Assembly: GCF_022045235.1 (NCBI RefSeq)
Contig: NW_027266275.1
Span: 3,844,001-3,908,000 of the forward strand
DNA: 64,000 bases
Origin: Haliotis cracherodii
Lineage: Eukaryota
Direction: 5' to 3'
A program made the translations under genes and the position numbers. Each line of letters starts with the position of its first letter. The stretch's first letter is position 1. The notes under the pieces were generated by a model that saw nothing but the letters and a program-made list of their open reading frames with translations, was not told where the DNA came from and ran no database searches. Shown piece after piece: positions 63,500 through 64,000 of this stretch.

Positions 63500-63960
63500 T
63501 CAGCAAGGTGCTCACCAAAACAACCAACACAGACGTGACTTTTCACTTCACACTGAAAAACATGTTAAGGTCTTACCTAGTCCATCCCAAACCCCAGGGG
63601 ATGTGTGTATGAGATATCATGCAACTGTGGACACAAATACATTGGAGAAACTTCACGCCCAATAGCCCAAAGAATAAAAGAACACAAGACCTCTGTTGAA
63701 TCTTGTAGACGCGACGATAAACCAAAGTTCACCTCACCTCACATGACCACCACATTTCCCGGCCACAAACCAAGACTCTCCGTACGAACATCAGTCATTG
63801 GAAAAAGAGGAAACTTCAAGAAAGCATCGAAATCCAAAGAATGAAGCCAGCCATTAACAAAGACCAGGGTATCTTCCTACCAAGTGTGTACTCCACTGTG
63901 ATATAATCACATCATCAACCTGATGAATGAGCAAGAAGTAGCTCTGAAACGTCGTGACAA
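63443..63960 (+). mobile_element. 5'-truncated Penelope-like element (linker, GIY-YIG endonuclease and 3' UTR)
   Basis: VSIPYQGPISHQISKVL...LRSYLVHPK then VYEISCNCGHKYIGETSRPIAQRIKEHK...RKLQESIEI...PAINKDQG (frameshifted). Confidence 0.88.
63911..63960 (+). ncRNA. Minimal type I hammerhead ribozyme-like motif of the Penelope 3' end
   Basis: CTGATGA - at GAGC aagaagta GCTC t - GAAAC GTC. Core boxes, stem II and GUC triplet are present. Stem I is imperfect. Confidence 0.6.
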
Positions 63961-64000
63961 AGAATAAAAGTTGCTATACATGAAAAAGTGTCATGTATTC

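Noticed and set aside
62065-63612. Multiple long Pro/His/Gln-rich ORFs
   Set aside because: Overlapping frames produced by a stop-poor satellite with a period not divisible by 3. Only the final ~60 codons are real (Penelope) coding sequence.

Overview
Eukaryotic, intron-rich, roughly 40% GC animal DNA. The SINE families suggest a gastropod mollusc such as abalone (inference). There are two N-gaps. I assembled five spliced protein genes by hand from GT-AG junctions with consistent reading phase: the 5' part of a SAP-domain SAFB/SLTM-like gene (-), a crotonase-fold enoyl-CoA delta-isomerase ending in -PRL (+), MBOAT7/LPIAT1 (+), a 12-exon HAP40/F8A1 (-) and ZDHHC6 (-). The rest is SINEs (at least four families), MITEs, Tc1, LINE and Penelope remnants, and many young tandem arrays. 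The most striking pattern is that several arrays have a traceable local seed. A 70-bp satellite with a 626-bp higher-order repeat is built from Penelope ORF sequence and lies upstream of a hammerhead-like motif. A 45-bp array multiplies an MBOAT7 exon end plus its splice donor in frame. A 3.4-kb 18-bp satellite grew inside a SINE. A 64-bp array multiplies the HAP40 stop codon. No prokaryotic systems or CRISPR arrays are present. All family names come from motif recognition, not database searches.
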